DNA of 63,438 bases, counting the filler, from Choristocarpus tenellus KU-1152 (taxonomy: Eukaryota; Protista; Phaeophyceae), in the NCBI GenBank assembly GCA_964200185.2. It is 12 parts of 12 records of this genome, joined end to end, with 100 filler letters (N's around TTAATTAATTAA, not from the genome) between each part and the next. Parts side by side here need not be neighbours in the genome. Positions count along the whole stretch, not along the records: positions 31,356 to 44,273 come from CAXNAD020001661.1; positions 44,374 to 48,068 come from CAXNAD020018463.1; positions 48,169 to 57,277 come from CAXNAD020003975.1; 9 more parts are not named here. One strand, given 5' to 3'. Below the pieces are notes generated by a model, which was not told the DNA's origin, did not search any database, and was given only the letters and a program-made list of their open reading frames with translations. A program made the position numbers and the translations under genes. Below, piece after piece: positions 40,329 through 54,100 of the stretch. The stretch's first letter is position 1; each line of letters starts with the position of its first letter.

Positions 40329-43300
40329 ATGGATAGTGTTACGGAGCAAAAAATTACGTCTCTAGACCTCTGGCAGAGGCTGGACCAGTACAAAGCCTCG
40401 CGCGAAACAGGTAGTGAAGCAGCACTTGCTACAAGCCTGCTCGAGGATGTGGATCTGCTCCTACTTTTCCAAGCCATCGACTGGGCCTATAGAGTGGGAG
40501 ACGAAAATAAGTCTAAGTTATCTGGAGATGCCCTGATCCGCTTGTTGAGGTCGACTGTGGGGGCAGAGATACTAATGGTGAGTCGACGCTGTAGTATCAG
40601 TCACCGTTGCTTTTTGTGAAAGTCCTAACTGCCTCGTGTTCAAGGCTCCAAAACCCCGCATGAATAGTTCAAATTCTTTTTAGTTGCATCTGTTCCCCTG
40701 CCACTCTGCTAACACGTGGATCTATTCGCCTTCAGGAGCGCCCAGAGGTGTTGTCGTTTTTGCTGGCAGGGCTTGTCCATCAGGTGGTGGGAGTAAGAAG
40801 GCTGACCATCAATGCTGTCCGTGCACTGGGCATGGGGAAAGAAGAGGGAAAAGAAAACCGCTGCCGGGAATTCGTAGATCCCCCCTTGCTGCCAGCGATC
40901 GTGTTACTTCTAGGAGATGAAGATGTCGGGGTCGCACAGGTGGGTGTGCATCTTCTGAGCTATTCCTGAGATTTCTCTGAGGATTGTTTGTCTAGAGAGA
41001 TATGACAACGTTAGCTATGAATGAATCGATGAGCAGGGATAAATGTGTGTGTGTGAGCTTCTTCTACTGCATTTTCACGAATCCCTTTGGGGCCAATCGA
41101 CAGGAAGGTCTTGTTGATCCACCAACTTTGTGAAACCTCCTCTGTACTGTTATTCACTCTCTTCCGATTACTGAAGCTCAAGTGAAGCATATATCAATGT
41201 GTAGCGTGATGATCTTCTCGCACCACGCAGCACAGGAGTGTGGACCTGCATGCATGTCTTGCGGGTGTGGGGAGGACAGTGTTGTCAATAAGATGGAGAA
41301 GTTTAGGGAGAGGAAGGGAGGTTACTCAACTCATGTCATTATGCGCCCTACTTTTGTTCAGGTAGCTGGTGCTACTGTGGTGGATCTATGCAAATGTGGT
41401 GCTACAGAAAGAAACTCGGGGTTCTCTGTGGTCTTGACAACTCTTGAGAGACATATGGGTGAGGTAACTGCTGGTCTTACATGTCGACAGGCAGCTACCC
41501 CAAGGTTGCGCTTCGCTGATACCACAGCAAGGTTAGGAAACTGCCCATTCCACGATAAACTGCTATACATTATTTGCTGGTGGATGGCATGAGCTCTGCT
41601 TGTGCTTTTGTTGCGACAATCTCATTGTTTTGGGTTGTTGTGACCATACAGGCAAGGCAGTACAAGATAACGTCTACTAGAAGCGATAGATCCATCTCTT
41701 TTGTCAGTCCAATCATCTTAGTTTGGTGTGTCCATTATGCACCTGTCCAGCAATGCATACCTTTTCCACTCTGCCAATGCCTCCCTGTCAAGGTCCTCTG
41801 CTGCTGTTAAAAGTGACTCTTTGGATGAACTATTGATATTTAAAACACACAAATCCTATCACTTACTACCTGTGTGATGCAGAGTTGCAGCCCTCTCTGA
41901 TGCGGCCTTTATGGCTGCAAGGGACACAGGTGCCTTGTCATTGGTTCTGAGTGTTGCAGAGGATAAAGACGACATCCTACTCAGACTCAATGGTCTAGAA
42001 CTATTGGAGCAGGTAAGATGCACAGAACTGATTGAGATAGTCAACGATTAATTATTTATTGAAAACGGGTTCTAGTTAGTGCATGGCAGATAAAAACTAA
42101 TGAGGATAGACCTTCTTGATCCTTGCTTGTGATGTTCCTGTATGACAGGCCCTTCAGTCATGATGATGGCAGGATGATTCTATAGGGGAATGTACTGGGG
42201 AGTGGTTGGTTCGGAGACCAGAGTATTTTGAAGCCATTACTAGTCTCTACCACGTCTTGTGTTTGTTCAAGGCATTAGGTCCTCTTAATCTCCCACCTCT
42301 TTTGTGCAGGGCTTAGATGCAATTCCTAGTGATCTGATTTGAGTAGTGTAGATGTTGCTCTTTGAGAGGGTTTCTTTTGGTCTTTTGTTGCCAATACCAA
42401 TACCAATAAAATAATATAAAGGTCTTCTCTTTCGAAAAGGGAGGGTCAACTTGTGTGGAGATATATGGCTTATCATCTTCTCTACACTCACTTCCTTTCC
42501 CCTGTTAACTCAACCACTAGTCTGTTGAGCCACACAGGACTCCTTTTCCTGTCATCAACCTCGCTCAAATAGTGGATGACTTGATGTGTATTTTTTCCTT
42601 TGGTACTTGATATTGCTTGTCCTGTTGGACAAGCTTGGATCTCAGCAGGGACGAACACTATTCCTGGTCCTCCCTCTGTCATTTTATTTCCAATGTGTTC
42701 AGTTGGAGTTCCAGATCAGTACCCTGAATATGACCAATACCAGTAAGATCAGCCTTTTGATCATATTCTATGTCTTAACCACTCCCTTTTATGATGGGTT
42801 CAACACTGCTAATGGTAACCGTGGATACAGGTTGCTGCTACTCGAACAGGAGGTAGGTATCTGCTGGCACATGGGCACCTAGAGGCTTTGCTTGTTGCAG
42901 CTGGGGCTGTTGGGGAGGAACCACCGGATCCCCTTCTAGGGCCCAGTGCATTGAGGGTCTTGGCTGCAGTCCATGCCAAGACAGCCAGCATGGGTGCAGA
43001 GGTGGGCTTGTGCACAAGGGGGACTTGGTAGAGGACGGGTGGTTGGGTAATATTCCTGGTGGCAAGTTGCATGTTCCACCATAGGCAGCGCTGTTGTTCT
43101 TTTTGTAATTACCCCCCTTTTGTGTGTGTGTGAATCACATGTAAAGCAATGAAAAGGGTCGTGAACCAACCTTGTTGTAGCACTACTTGCTGTAACTCTA
43201 ACAGGCAAAACAAGACCCCCTAGCGGTGCACCAAACTGGTGCACTTCGCCATTGTTCGCATTGTTCATCTTGTATTAGCCAAAGTTATCTGAAGGACAGG

Positions 43301-44025
43301 TGAGTTTCCCACCCCGTCGGGGACTTTTGAGATATTTGTGTTCAACGGTATAGGCTGTCAGATTGAGATCTGACCACTTGTGGACCCTGATTGCGTGCTG
43401 CCTTAGCAGGCCTGGGCAGAGGTGGACCCCAGCTTGGCAAGGGCCTTCCTGAGGGCCTGTCTGATACATATGGAGGCTTTGGATGAAACAGGAAAGGTAA
43501 GGTATGGCTTTAAGGGTCAATTGATTGGAATAGGCCAACAATCCCTTACGGAGGTAGAGCATGCCTGAGTTAGTGTAGAACAGAGAAGGTAGTTGAGTAG
43601 AAAAACAACCATCTCTTACGCTCGCCTTCTCTAATGCAATTGAATCCTCTGTCTTATGAGGCATAGGCAATGAGGAGAGGTCGTTCTGTGACCCAGTTTA
43701 TGTAGGCCAATTGTGGTGAGGAGCATGGAGGTGCTTCTTCTTTTGACGCTTGAAACTATATTTTTGTGAGGTATTATCAAACCCCACTTTCGAGATGCCT
43801 ATTTCTTTTTTTTCAGTTGTTATACTAGAACAAATCAGTATATACCCCGCAGAAAATTGCCCTTTGTTGGCCCCTTGCTCCCCAAATGCTGTGAAATAGG
43901 TGGCTGCTCTAGTTGCTGCTTCTACCATGGCGGGGTCCTCTGAGGCATCACTGAAGGCCGTGCTTGAGGAAGGGAATGGACAATCCGACCTCCTTGATGC
44001 TTGGATGACCCTGTCAAGGCACAAA
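40329..44025 (+). CDS. PSMD5: 26S proteasome assembly chaperone S5b/Hsm3 (PSMD5)-like ARM/HEAT protein, 7 exons, 3' truncated by contig end
   Basis: Exons 40329-40577, 40736-40939, 41362-41531, 41883-42012, 42831-43001, 43410-43496 and 43900-~44025 are phase-compatible. Motifs FLLAGLVHQVVGVRRL, LLGDEDVGVAQVA, RLRFAD and DDILLRLNGLELLEQ are typical of S5b. Confidence 0.75.
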
Positions 44026-44373
44026 GCAAGTGCCTCACAACACTGTAGTCATGCTTCTCTGAGGTTTGCATTTTCCATAGCCTTTTTTTGTTTGATCTGA
44101 AATAATACTGTTCTGGGATTTACCGATCCTGGTGTGGTTGAGTCCTATGCATGGGGGACTCTTTCCTCAACTTAATAGCAGATATTATCATGAATGAGAG
44201 GGGTGATGAGAAAGGACAACCTTGAGCTTGACAGAAAAACTGGTGTAGCTCATACTCTATTGTCTATCCGCCCNNNNNNNNNNNNNNNNNNNNNNNNNNN
44301 NNNNNNNNNNNNNNNNNTTAATTAATTAANNNNNNNNNNNNNNNNNNNNNNNNNNNNNNNNNNNNNNNNNNNN

Positions 44374-44417
44374 CATCCTCATAGGCCCGCGCCTTCCTCA
44401 ATTTTGAGGATCCCCTG
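44374..44417 (-). mobile_element. Second terminus of the CAGGGG-ended element
   Basis: Reverse complement of 22577-22620. Confidence 0.6.
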
Positions 44418-45270
44418 TTATCTGCCTTGAAGGCAGGCACTGTGCAATCAGTGGTTAAGATGGGTCGCTCACTAAAGGAAGACCACAGTCTGACGACCCA
44501 CCATTATATAGATCTAGGTTCGGAGTGTCTGGCTGGTGCAGTGCTCAACCGGGAAAGGGTAAAAGATGCCATGACATCACCTCGTGTAGTTGTTAGAATC
44601 TCCTAAAAGTCCTGCCAGCCAGCACAAAGAGCTCTTGGAGGAGGTGTGCAGGATGTCGAGGATTGAGGTGAAGAAAGCGATCCAAGATGGCTGTCAACTC
44701 GTTGGTGATCACTTATTCATGACCTGGGCTGGACTGCAGCCTGGCCCTGTCATTTTTTCTGCCCATCCCAGCCCTGTTGAAAAAATACCACAGTAGTTTT
44801 TACCCCGATAAAATACTAATACACAAACAAATCGTCACTCAAGAGATAATTCCTACAATGATGTGCGTTTTCAGAACACAAAAAGGAAAAAAAATCCGGA
44901 TCTATTTTCAATAAACATTACACGAGTCTATATCCAGTAATACACATGTATCACTTGTCTTCATGTTTTCCGCCTTCCACTTGTACACATACACGTGAGC
45001 GACCCGACAAAAACTGAGATCCGCCCTGATCCTTTCACAATATTACTTGCTAGAGTCAGTCCACAATCCGATCCTGTCAAAAGTTCTACGGTCCTGGTCC
45101 CGTCCTTCCAAAATGAAAATTACTGAGCCAACTGAGATACCAAACCCACCGAAGCAACCCTGTCCGTTGTAAAGCCATCTGTTTCCTACTTTTCTTCATC
45201 GCTTAAATTATAATATGCAACACACCTCATATATACATAGAGCGCATCAAAGGCTCTCCGCATTCTCACC

Positions 45271-46140
45271 CTACGTCACCCTCCTGTGTTTCATGCTTTC
45301 ACACAAAGGTATAGCAGCCTCTAGCCTTAATCTCTTCTTGTTGTAGGCCATCCAGATCTCAAAATGTATTATCTGAAATACGCTACTATTGAGAATATCA
45401 TCAAGGAAAGAAGGTAGGTAGTTGAGTACATCGGAAGTGTCCGGTATAGGTGTCCTACTCATCACAACCTGGATAATCTTTTTCTTGATAGCACCTCCAA
45501 TCCCATCTTACACTCCCTTGAATTGTAGTGTTGCAGCAAAGTCGTCGTTGATTTAAAAACTCCTGTTATTAAGCCCTGAGAGCGTTCCAGTGGAGAGTCC
45601 ACTTTTTTCTTTGTGCTGATGAAGTTCAGAGCTATTGTTCTATGGAATGGTGACGGAGAGAATGTAGGGACAATGGTTGCACCGGGATAATGGGGACAAG
45701 GGGAAAGAGATTACTGGCAATGCATAAGAGAGAATCAATCTTGGTATTGGCTCCGATCTTACTTTGCCACAATTCCCAGTTCTTGATGAGAGTTGATAGG
45801 TTCATCTAAAGAAAATGAGAGTGCTTTGCGTTGGGGATGAGTGCAAATCCTCCTATTGATATACAGCAGCTCTACATAGTATAATTTGAGGATTGCATTC
45901 ATGCATCTCTCTCATATAAAAAAGAAACAATGAGCCTCTCTAAAATATTCAGTTTCTTGTCCGAGGGCCAGCAATGCTGTAATCCAAGCTCACAACCCGC
46001 CCACCTTCTTCATGTGAGCCTTGAATCCCTCGATGAGTGTGCTCAATATTTCATTGAGTATGTAGGATCTGTTTCCTTAAATTAGTTCCATCAGGTAGCC
46101 TTGGGTCTCTTAAACATTTTCCAAACCACCTCCATCTCCC
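45271..46140 (-). pseudogene. Sola2-like DDD transposase remnant
   Basis: Minus-strand INDDFAATLQFKGV*DGIGGAIKKKI…IPDTSDVLNYL matches the F..T.H.KG..DG.GG..K third-Asp motif of Sola2-type transposases. The Asp codon is 45507-45505, with a stop just before it. Confidence 0.65.
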
Positions 46141-46159
46141 CATGTGTGTCCCAACAAAA

Positions 46160-46341
46160 GGGTCAAAGAATCTTTGGGGGGGGGTGTCGGCGTCCGTTTT
46201 TCACCCTTTTTTTGATTTTCACTTTATTGGTGTGATTTGGTCGCACTTGTCGGATTTGAAATGTCAGCAAAAAAAAAGAGTTGTTTGACCGAAACGGACG
46301 CCCCCTCACAAACTACCCCCGCTCCCCAGATACTTTCACCC
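46160..46341. mobile_element. ~180-bp MITE family B, complete, with 4-bp TSD
   Basis: GGGTCAAAGAATCT…G-run…CGTCCGTTT / AAACGGACG…C-run…AGATACTTTCACCC. AAAA lies on both sides (46156-46159, 46342-46345). Confidence 0.85.
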
Positions 46342-46349
46342 AAAAATAG

Positions 46350-48040
46350 TTCGGGATGCCGTAAGTGCTCTCAAAGTTGCTTTTTCACACATCAATGCCA
46401 TACGATCTGCCTTGCGCCCCATGCACAGATTGTGGTCAGATGGGTGACCACGGTGTAGGCCCACCTTCTCGCAACATATAGCTGGCAAGAAGTTGCTGAG
46501 GTTGTTGAAAACCATAGTCCATTTACTGCAATCTCTTCCACATCAAAGACATTGACAGCTGCAATCCTTGTCCAGTCGATACATTATCTTGCCCTGACCT
46601 CTTGAAAAAATCATTTACGCATGTGAATTCGCAGCTGCACTGCCTTACATTCAGAACCATTAGTTGTCGTATGGAAAGAGATGGGCAGAGTGAAAATATT
46701 AGTGCAGTGTTCAGAAAGCTGTGTTGTTTAAGTTTAAATAGGGATAGTGTAGACCTCAGAACCCTACATCTGGCTACTTGTAGCTACTACGATCCCTCAC
46801 CAATGCATGAATATTTGGTGCATAGGAAGGTCGTACATTCAGGGCCTTCAAAGCTAGCCGGTTACAGTATCTTACGGGATAAGTTCTCTGACAACTTCAG
46901 AAGTCGCTGTACACAATATCAATATTGTTCATAAGCAGCTGTAGTATCCTCAGATGGGAAGGATAGTATTTCCTTTCGAATCATGATACACATCTTTGTG
47001 GGCAGTACATAAAGAGATCATGGAAGGAAGAGATAAGAGATTTGGTCCGGATACCCCACCAAGGAAGATTGCTTGAAACCCTAACCATATCACATAAGAC
47101 ATCATCTGAATGCCAGAACGTGGACATTATATCCACAAGTATATTGTCTATGTCATTACAACACGTCTGGCAAGTTGAATACCAATAGCTATCATTTTCG
47201 ATGGCCCCCATCTTAACCAAAACTGACAACATCAAGCACTGATCGCATCTGCTGACCAACGTGACACAGAAAAAAGCTTGGCAATCTGTTTGCCAGATAA
47301 ATAGGATTCCTCGACACGCAAAGCACAAAAGGCGTAACGGAGTGAAGGTCCCATATGGTGATTTGCTTTCTTGTAAATTAACATTAACTTCGTTTTACAG
47401 TAAGCGCAGAGTAGCTATTGTGGTGGACCTGCGCATCAGCTTCTTCCATGTCTCCTTCTTTAGACCCATGGGCTCGACCTCCTTGGGGCAAGGGAGGAAA
47501 ATGGTCCACATACTCCGCCAAAAGTAAGGTTTCCTGCGAAAGAGGTCTCCAGTTCATACTTTGTGGTGGTCACATCACCAATGGCCAATACTTCAGTGGG
47601 AGGAGCAGCTACCTGATGCACAAATTGTTGGGTGTAGAGTGCAAGGATGACTGCACACACCTAACCTTCCCGAGGTAGAACCATATGAATGACCCCCCTG
47701 GACTTCAATACCCACACTCTTGACATATGTTCATGGCATTACTCCAGACCTAGCCGAAGTAGTAAAATTAGTGCAGAGCCTCGATGCATGATATAAGTTG
47801 ATTCTTCAAGCACACAATGTGCGATGACACCCTTGACACGCCAAATTAACCTGGGCATCAAGAGTGCTCAACATAATGGACATATCCCCACCTCCCACAG
47901 ACAATCAAAGGTTCCACTAGGTTTTTCCATGTTTCCTGTCCATGAGTGTTGGGATATTGCATCCTCGAAACGTAGTAGGCCCACCAAACTCAAGACTAGG
48001 AATGCCTTGGCTGGCACTACTTTTCGATTGGATACCCGAA
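46350..48040 (-). mobile_element. Degenerate Ty1/copia integrase-RT remnant
   Basis: Minus-strand SRVWVLK and NPIYLANRLPS (copia integrase SR..WVY.LK and TAVYL.NR.PS), followed by RT-like debris. Confidence 0.5.
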
Positions 48041-48041
48041 C

Positions 48042-48068
48042 GGGTCAAAGTATCTGGGTTGGGGGGGG
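48042..48068. mobile_element. Left terminus of poly-G MITE at contig end
   Basis: GGGTCAAAGTATCTGGG…G-run. Confidence 0.65.
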
Positions 48069-48168
48069 NNNNNNNNNNNNNNNNNNNNNNNNNNNNNNNN
48101 NNNNNNNNNNNNTTAATTAATTAANNNNNNNNNNNNNNNNNNNNNNNNNNNNNNNNNNNNNNNNNNNN

Positions 48169-48274
48169 CGACTCAGATACACTAATACAAGACACCGCCC
48201 ACCACCCAGACAAAATCGGCCCCGATGTGCCTGGCCACCCCCCCCCCCCCCCCCCCCCCCAGATACTTTCAGCC
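48169..48274. mobile_element. Right terminus of poly-C MITE at contig start
   Basis: C-run followed by AGATACTTTCAGCC. Confidence 0.6.
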
Positions 48275-49149
48275 GAATGGGAGGAACAATGTTCTCATTT
48301 GATGGAGTATATCGTACCTTTCAACACTGTTTTTTTTAATGAATCGGACGGGGTACAGAAAAGGACCCCCTTCCCAAGTCCGTCTGAAGAAACAAGGAAA
48401 AGTATAAATTAAGAAGTCGAGAGTTGTGTCCAAATCCACGAAGGGGAAGGTTTTGAAGATCCTGAGTTTTGTACATACATGGAGATAGAATTTGTGAGGT
48501 CATGATAGCGACTGGTAGAGGGAGTATGTAGGACATTTGTGTTTCACATGCAAACGAGAGACAGTCTACTTGAGGAGGTTGGATTTACACACATACACGC
48601 GCGCATGAGCAAAAAGAGTAGTTCGAGGGACAGGAGTGATAGGGAGAGAGCCTTACTTGATCAACTTTGCACGTTCTCTATCAACGGAGAGGTCATTATA
48701 CCTCACCAGAAGTTTTTTGATGAATCGGGGGGACTTTGGGTTTTGGGTAAGTGTTTGGGTTAGTGTTTAGGGGTTAGGGGTTAGGGTTCGTACTTGTAAG
48801 ATTTGTATTGAGTCACAAGCAAAGACTGAGAGAGATGGATATTCCAAAAGTTGACAAGACACAATACGGTTAGGGTTGGGGTTAGGGTTAGCGTTAGGGT
48901 TAGATTATAGTGTGTATATATATATGAATATTATTATATAGTATTAGTAATGGTGGTGGTTGTGGTTGCATGGGGTGTATTTGTGAGTGTTGTGTATTAC
49001 TCACACTTTCAGAAACGCGCGATCGACTTAAGTTGGTATGGTAACACCAAAATTTATTTCACTACAGGTTTCTGTGTTCCTCACTTCTGTCGAGAGGTAA
49101 AGTTTTCACAACCGTGGTTTCCTTCCTTGTCAATTACTTTCTCTGTACT

Positions 49150-50050
49150 GGATATATAGCTTATCTCTGACAGAGTTGGGTCCTCCATCCTTGGGGGTGA
49201 TTGACTAGTCGAGGTACATCTGTCTCTTACTCCGTTCTCGACTTCAGGTCGGCATAGCGTGATTAAGAAATATACCATGTCTGAATGCAGTGGTTTGTAC
49301 ATATCTTCTTCTGATATACATGTTGATGGTGGGTAGGATGTTGTGTCTGCAAAGTCCATCTTGTCGGGGAGAAATACGATCACTCAATCCACCAATTTGC
49401 TGTAGGTTGTGGCAGTTTTTAGTTTGCGTAAGTCGAAGTGAAGATTACGGATGTAGGGGCGGCTCTTCAACTTCCGATTCCAATACCCCACTTCTAATTT
49501 CGATGGGGTAGTGTTAAATGATGGGAGCACGAGGGTTAGGCAAGATGAGACTTGCATTATGTTTTCAATTTCATGTAGAGAATGTATCAAGCTCGAACAA
49601 CCGCCAAGAAATGGCCCTAACTACTACCGTGAGATCGGCATTGAAGCAAGACCATTCTATGCAAACAGAGTCACATGTATTGACACTGTTTTGTTCCTAA
49701 GAGAGGTGCATCTGCTCTGTGTACTTGCCTGATGGTAGTGCTCGCGACACGAAGGAACTTATCTATATAGATAGTGGTGTAGACCAACCTCCTGATATCA
49801 TTGAAACCATGTCCAGCCTTCCCACTGGCCTCCACTACCACTGATATCTCGTCTAACATTGCCAGGACATGGTTGGCAAAGGCGGTACTGGTCCAAAAGC
49901 CGAGGGAAAAGATATCAAGCTCCCCCCTCCTCCAACACTACAGCGTGTCATGTCGGAGCGTCAGCAGATCAAGTTACTTCAGGTGAGATGTATACCAATA
50001 GACCCTGTATGTGGAGAGAACCCCCCCCCCGCCTAAGGAGATAGGGTAGA
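49150..50050 (-). mobile_element. DIRS/Ngaro-like RT-RNaseH remnant
   Basis: Minus-strand SLGFWTSTAFA…YTTIYIDKFL (YIDD-like), then PTSVIFTS (RNaseH IFTDAS-like). Decayed. Confidence 0.4.
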
Positions 50051-51105
50051 GAAGCTGTAAATGCACCAGTCTCATTGGGTCTATTGGCAAGTGGGAAAAA
50101 TGACTGGGCCTTTTTAATCTGAGCCATCCGTGCTTGTTTTTGTGGTGTCGTGTGTATATATGGCCAGGCTGATACCACGCACATTGCTGAGCTTAAACAT
50201 GCCCCACCACCCTCGTGGTAAATCGATTTGGTAGGTATATGTTTCCTAGCACTTCCAAGTTGTACCTTGGTGCTGAACCTAGACCATAGTCCCTCAGGAG
50301 CAACACACTGCCTCCACCATCCTTACTGTAAGTTCACTCCCCCCATCCCAACACCATTTTCCCTCCACTACTATGTCTGCCTTGGGGTGCTGGACATTGC
50401 AATGCGTTGATTAGGAAGCTTCTCAAGAAGCAGCCCAGGCTACAGCTGAGTCCTTAGCAGACCAGCATGAAACGGATTTTCATGGTAGACGAGAGACAGA
50501 AGCCCCCGAGGAGGAGCCAACCGTTGCTAGGAAGGACTCTGGGTCCAAAAAGAAGGCTTCCACTCATAATCTGCAGGAGCAGAGGGGTCAAGCCCGGGGC
50601 CGAGGTCGGGGGAGCAGGGGTGGGCGTTGCAAGGGTAGAGGGCTCACAACCAAGCGAAATTCTTCACTGAGAAAAGGGGTGAGCATCAGTTTGTGGAGGG
50701 GTAGAATCTTCCTCTATAAAGATTTTAAAGACTTGAATGCTTGCTTGGACAAACAGCAGCTCATGATACATTAGTTTGTAGTTCGCCGCTAAAAAGTGTA
50801 GCGGTGAAGTATTGGTTCCATTTTTTGTTCCTTGTGTTGCAAAAAAAACAATTAAAAAAAATTTAAAGCTAAGTTTTTCAAAGCGATGTTGCTCACAGCC
50901 TAGAGGTTGGAAGGACCTCTTGCAGGTATTGATCTGTTGTCTTGCCTTGGTGTAGGGGGTATAGCTACAGCACTTGTGTCTATATTGATTTTTTTGGTGA
51001 ATTGTATTTGTACAGAATTTTGGTCCTGACAGTTGTTGGAGTCCCAATTTAACAATTTGAACACCTATTGCTCGTACATGCTCCTTTCCACCCCATCTCC
51101 CTCAG

Positions 51106-54100
51106 AAATCCAGCAAGAGTATAATTGCAAGTAGTAGAAAGATTATTCGAGGAGAAGAGGAAGAAGCAGAGGAAATGGAGGCAGGAGACACATCCCCTCA
51201 AGAGGGTGATCCACAAGGAGTCGAGGGAGGAGAGATTGAACCCACACATGTCGAGGGTGAGGAGGCAGGAGCAGGTACCTGTACTGCCCCTCAGGTGAAG
51301 AGTACTCTCAAGTCCAAGTCAAAAGTAAAGGGCAAGGGAAGCGCAGGTGCAGGAAGGAAGGGCAGGGGAGGGAAGAAGCAGGACCTGCCCAAATTGGACA
51401 CTGAAGGTAATGCTGCGTTGATGGAAGACAAGGAGCTGACAAAGGAGGAGAGAGGGAGAGAGGAAGAGGAAGAGGAAGAGTTTCTTGCTGAATTGGAGAA
51501 GGGCGCAGACACAGGTGGGGCTCGTGTCCCAGGCAAGTCAACAGGTAGTACGGAAGGAAAGGTAAAGGGAAAGGGGAGGGGAAAGGGAAAAAGTATGTTG
51601 GTTGGTGCACACAAGGCAAAGGTAAAGAAGACAAAGGTAAAGAAAGGGCATGCAACACCTCAATCTGGGAGGGACGTTTGTGCGCCTGAGGATGAAACAA
51701 AGGTGGGATTTGGCGGAGGGGGTGTGGGTGGTCAAGGTGAGATTGACAGCGATGCTAATGAAGAAGAGAGTGAAAGATTGAAGAGTGGCATGCCTACAAG
51801 AAGGAGCAATCTAGAAGAATCTGAGACTGCAGCAGCTTTCGGCCGTCACGTGAACGGGTGTGGAAAGTCAAAGGTTGTGTATGGACAGGGAGATGAGGAA
51901 GAGGTGCAGCCAGAGGAACGCCGGGCACTCATGTTCCTCGCCAAGGTGAGACCAACAAGTTTGTTCTTGTTTGTTCTTGAACTGGTTTGGTTGTTGTGTT
52001 GTCCTCTTCATTTGTCCCCATTTCTTTTCTTAATCAGGGTTAGGGTCATAGAACATGAGATACAGCTCTCTATCGAAAGCTACATTCTGTATCTGGCAAT
52101 AATTTGGAGAATGACAATCAGTTTTTTTTAGTAGGGGTATAGGGTTCGGATAGGTACACTCTCCCTATTTGTCGGACAAGATTAGGGGGTTGAGATGATA
52201 GCATTATACGTGAGACTTTGTAAGAAAGTTACATTGCATACAATTATTTTTTTTTCATTCTCTTGTTCATGTTTGCTTTTTTTTTTTCTTCAAATTTATA
52301 CACTGGTAGGTAGAAATGAGTTAAAATATTTTTTTATTTGTTAATACCTTACACAGTGAGGCTATTTGGGCAGCAAAACATCAATTCTCTCCACTGCTTG
52401 CATCCATTAACCCTCCAATGAAAAGGTATAAAATAGTTATCTTCTTGTGACATGATCATGAACATGAAGGTTAACATGCGGCTGTGTGCATGTCTCCATT
52501 TGTATATTTGTATGTTGGGTTGAGAAGTGGTAATTTTGGACTGAACAATGACATTTAATATGTCTCACTTCAATGTTACGATATCTCTCATCAAAGGTGA
52601 TAGTGAGCAAGCATGGAAATTCCTCCTCAATCACCCTTTCAGTACGCATACAACCTCTTCAAGGTTAGGTTTAGGGTTAGGGTTAGGGATGGGATGGATG
52701 ATGATTGTGTAGTATGTGTGAGGTTGATGTAATGTGGGTGTCAACTTGACTGCACTTGTATCTTGTGTACATAGTGTGTCAGGTGATCCTGACACTAGTC
52801 TCTCTGCTATAATGATCCTTTATATATATATATATATGTATGTCTGTATAATGTCTATGTATGTCTATGATTTAGACATGTGGGGTTACGTGTTTGGAAT
52901 TATAAGTCCTATTAGTGGCAACCAAGTTGTGCAATGTTTTGATCACATGACACCGACAGCATTAATATCCTTGTGATTAGCTCAAGAAATGGATCGGTTT
53001 TATGCCCTATTTGCGTTGTATACTATTAATGGTAGGTATACCATTAATCATGGTGCAATTATATCTCAAAATTACATGGGGCTCCAACTTTAGAAAAAAA
53101 ATGGAGATTGCCTCAGAATCAGGTCATATGTTGGTGGGTTGGTGGGTTAGTGTGACAGTATGAGTTACACCTCTGATGGTACAAGCAGAGAGCATCATAG
53201 TGTACCATCTAACCCAGGCTATTTACAACCCTGGTGCTCTCCATTATTATTAATATTGTTTTTATCATAGTAGTGTTGAGTGGAGAATAGGATTTACAAT
53301 GTCCCTTGTTTTTAAAATATATGTCTAACAAGACAGGGTTGGGGTTAGCAGGAGGGTGATAATCCTATCAGCAAAGGTCTATCTGTTGACCCCTCTTCCC
53401 CCAGTACAAGATAGAAAACATAGTACAGTGTAGTACAATATAGAAAATATAGTACAATATAGTAGATTTTAGTACAGTATAGTACAATGTAGTAGATTAT
53501 AGTACTTTATAGTACAATATAGTACAATATAGTACAATATAGTACAATATAGTACAATACAGTACGATATGACATAGGTGACGGTAGCTTGAAACCGAGT
53601 TAAGGTCTCTGTTGCACTGCCTGTGCTGTTGCCACTCTTGTGTTCATGGGTTGGTTCCAAGGTTGTATGATTGATTGATTGATTGAGTTACTATATTTCT
53701 CTTTCTGTATTTGTCTGCCTGTCTGGTGAGAGAAGGCACATAAGGGGCGAAAACGTTCTGTGGGAGAAGTCTTGGACCTGGATGAGGGATATGAGGGATA
53801 TGAGGGGCTTGTGGAGCTAGGGGTACAAGGGGGCAAGGGTGAGGGGAGAAATGGGAAGGTGGGTGAGGGGAATGCCAATGGCCACAATGGAGAAGCACTG
53901 TCAACGCCTTCTGTGTTACCACCACAAGGAAATAAGAAAAAAAAAACAAGGGGGACCTCACCAGGTGAATGCAAGGACAGGAAGGAGGCAGTGGTGGTGT
54001 ATGGGTGTGTTTTTCCTTTGATGTGTTTTTATTTTTTTTGACACGGTGGATATTGATGTGATGTGATGGGTATGGTGGGTGTGATGAATGTGATTGATGT

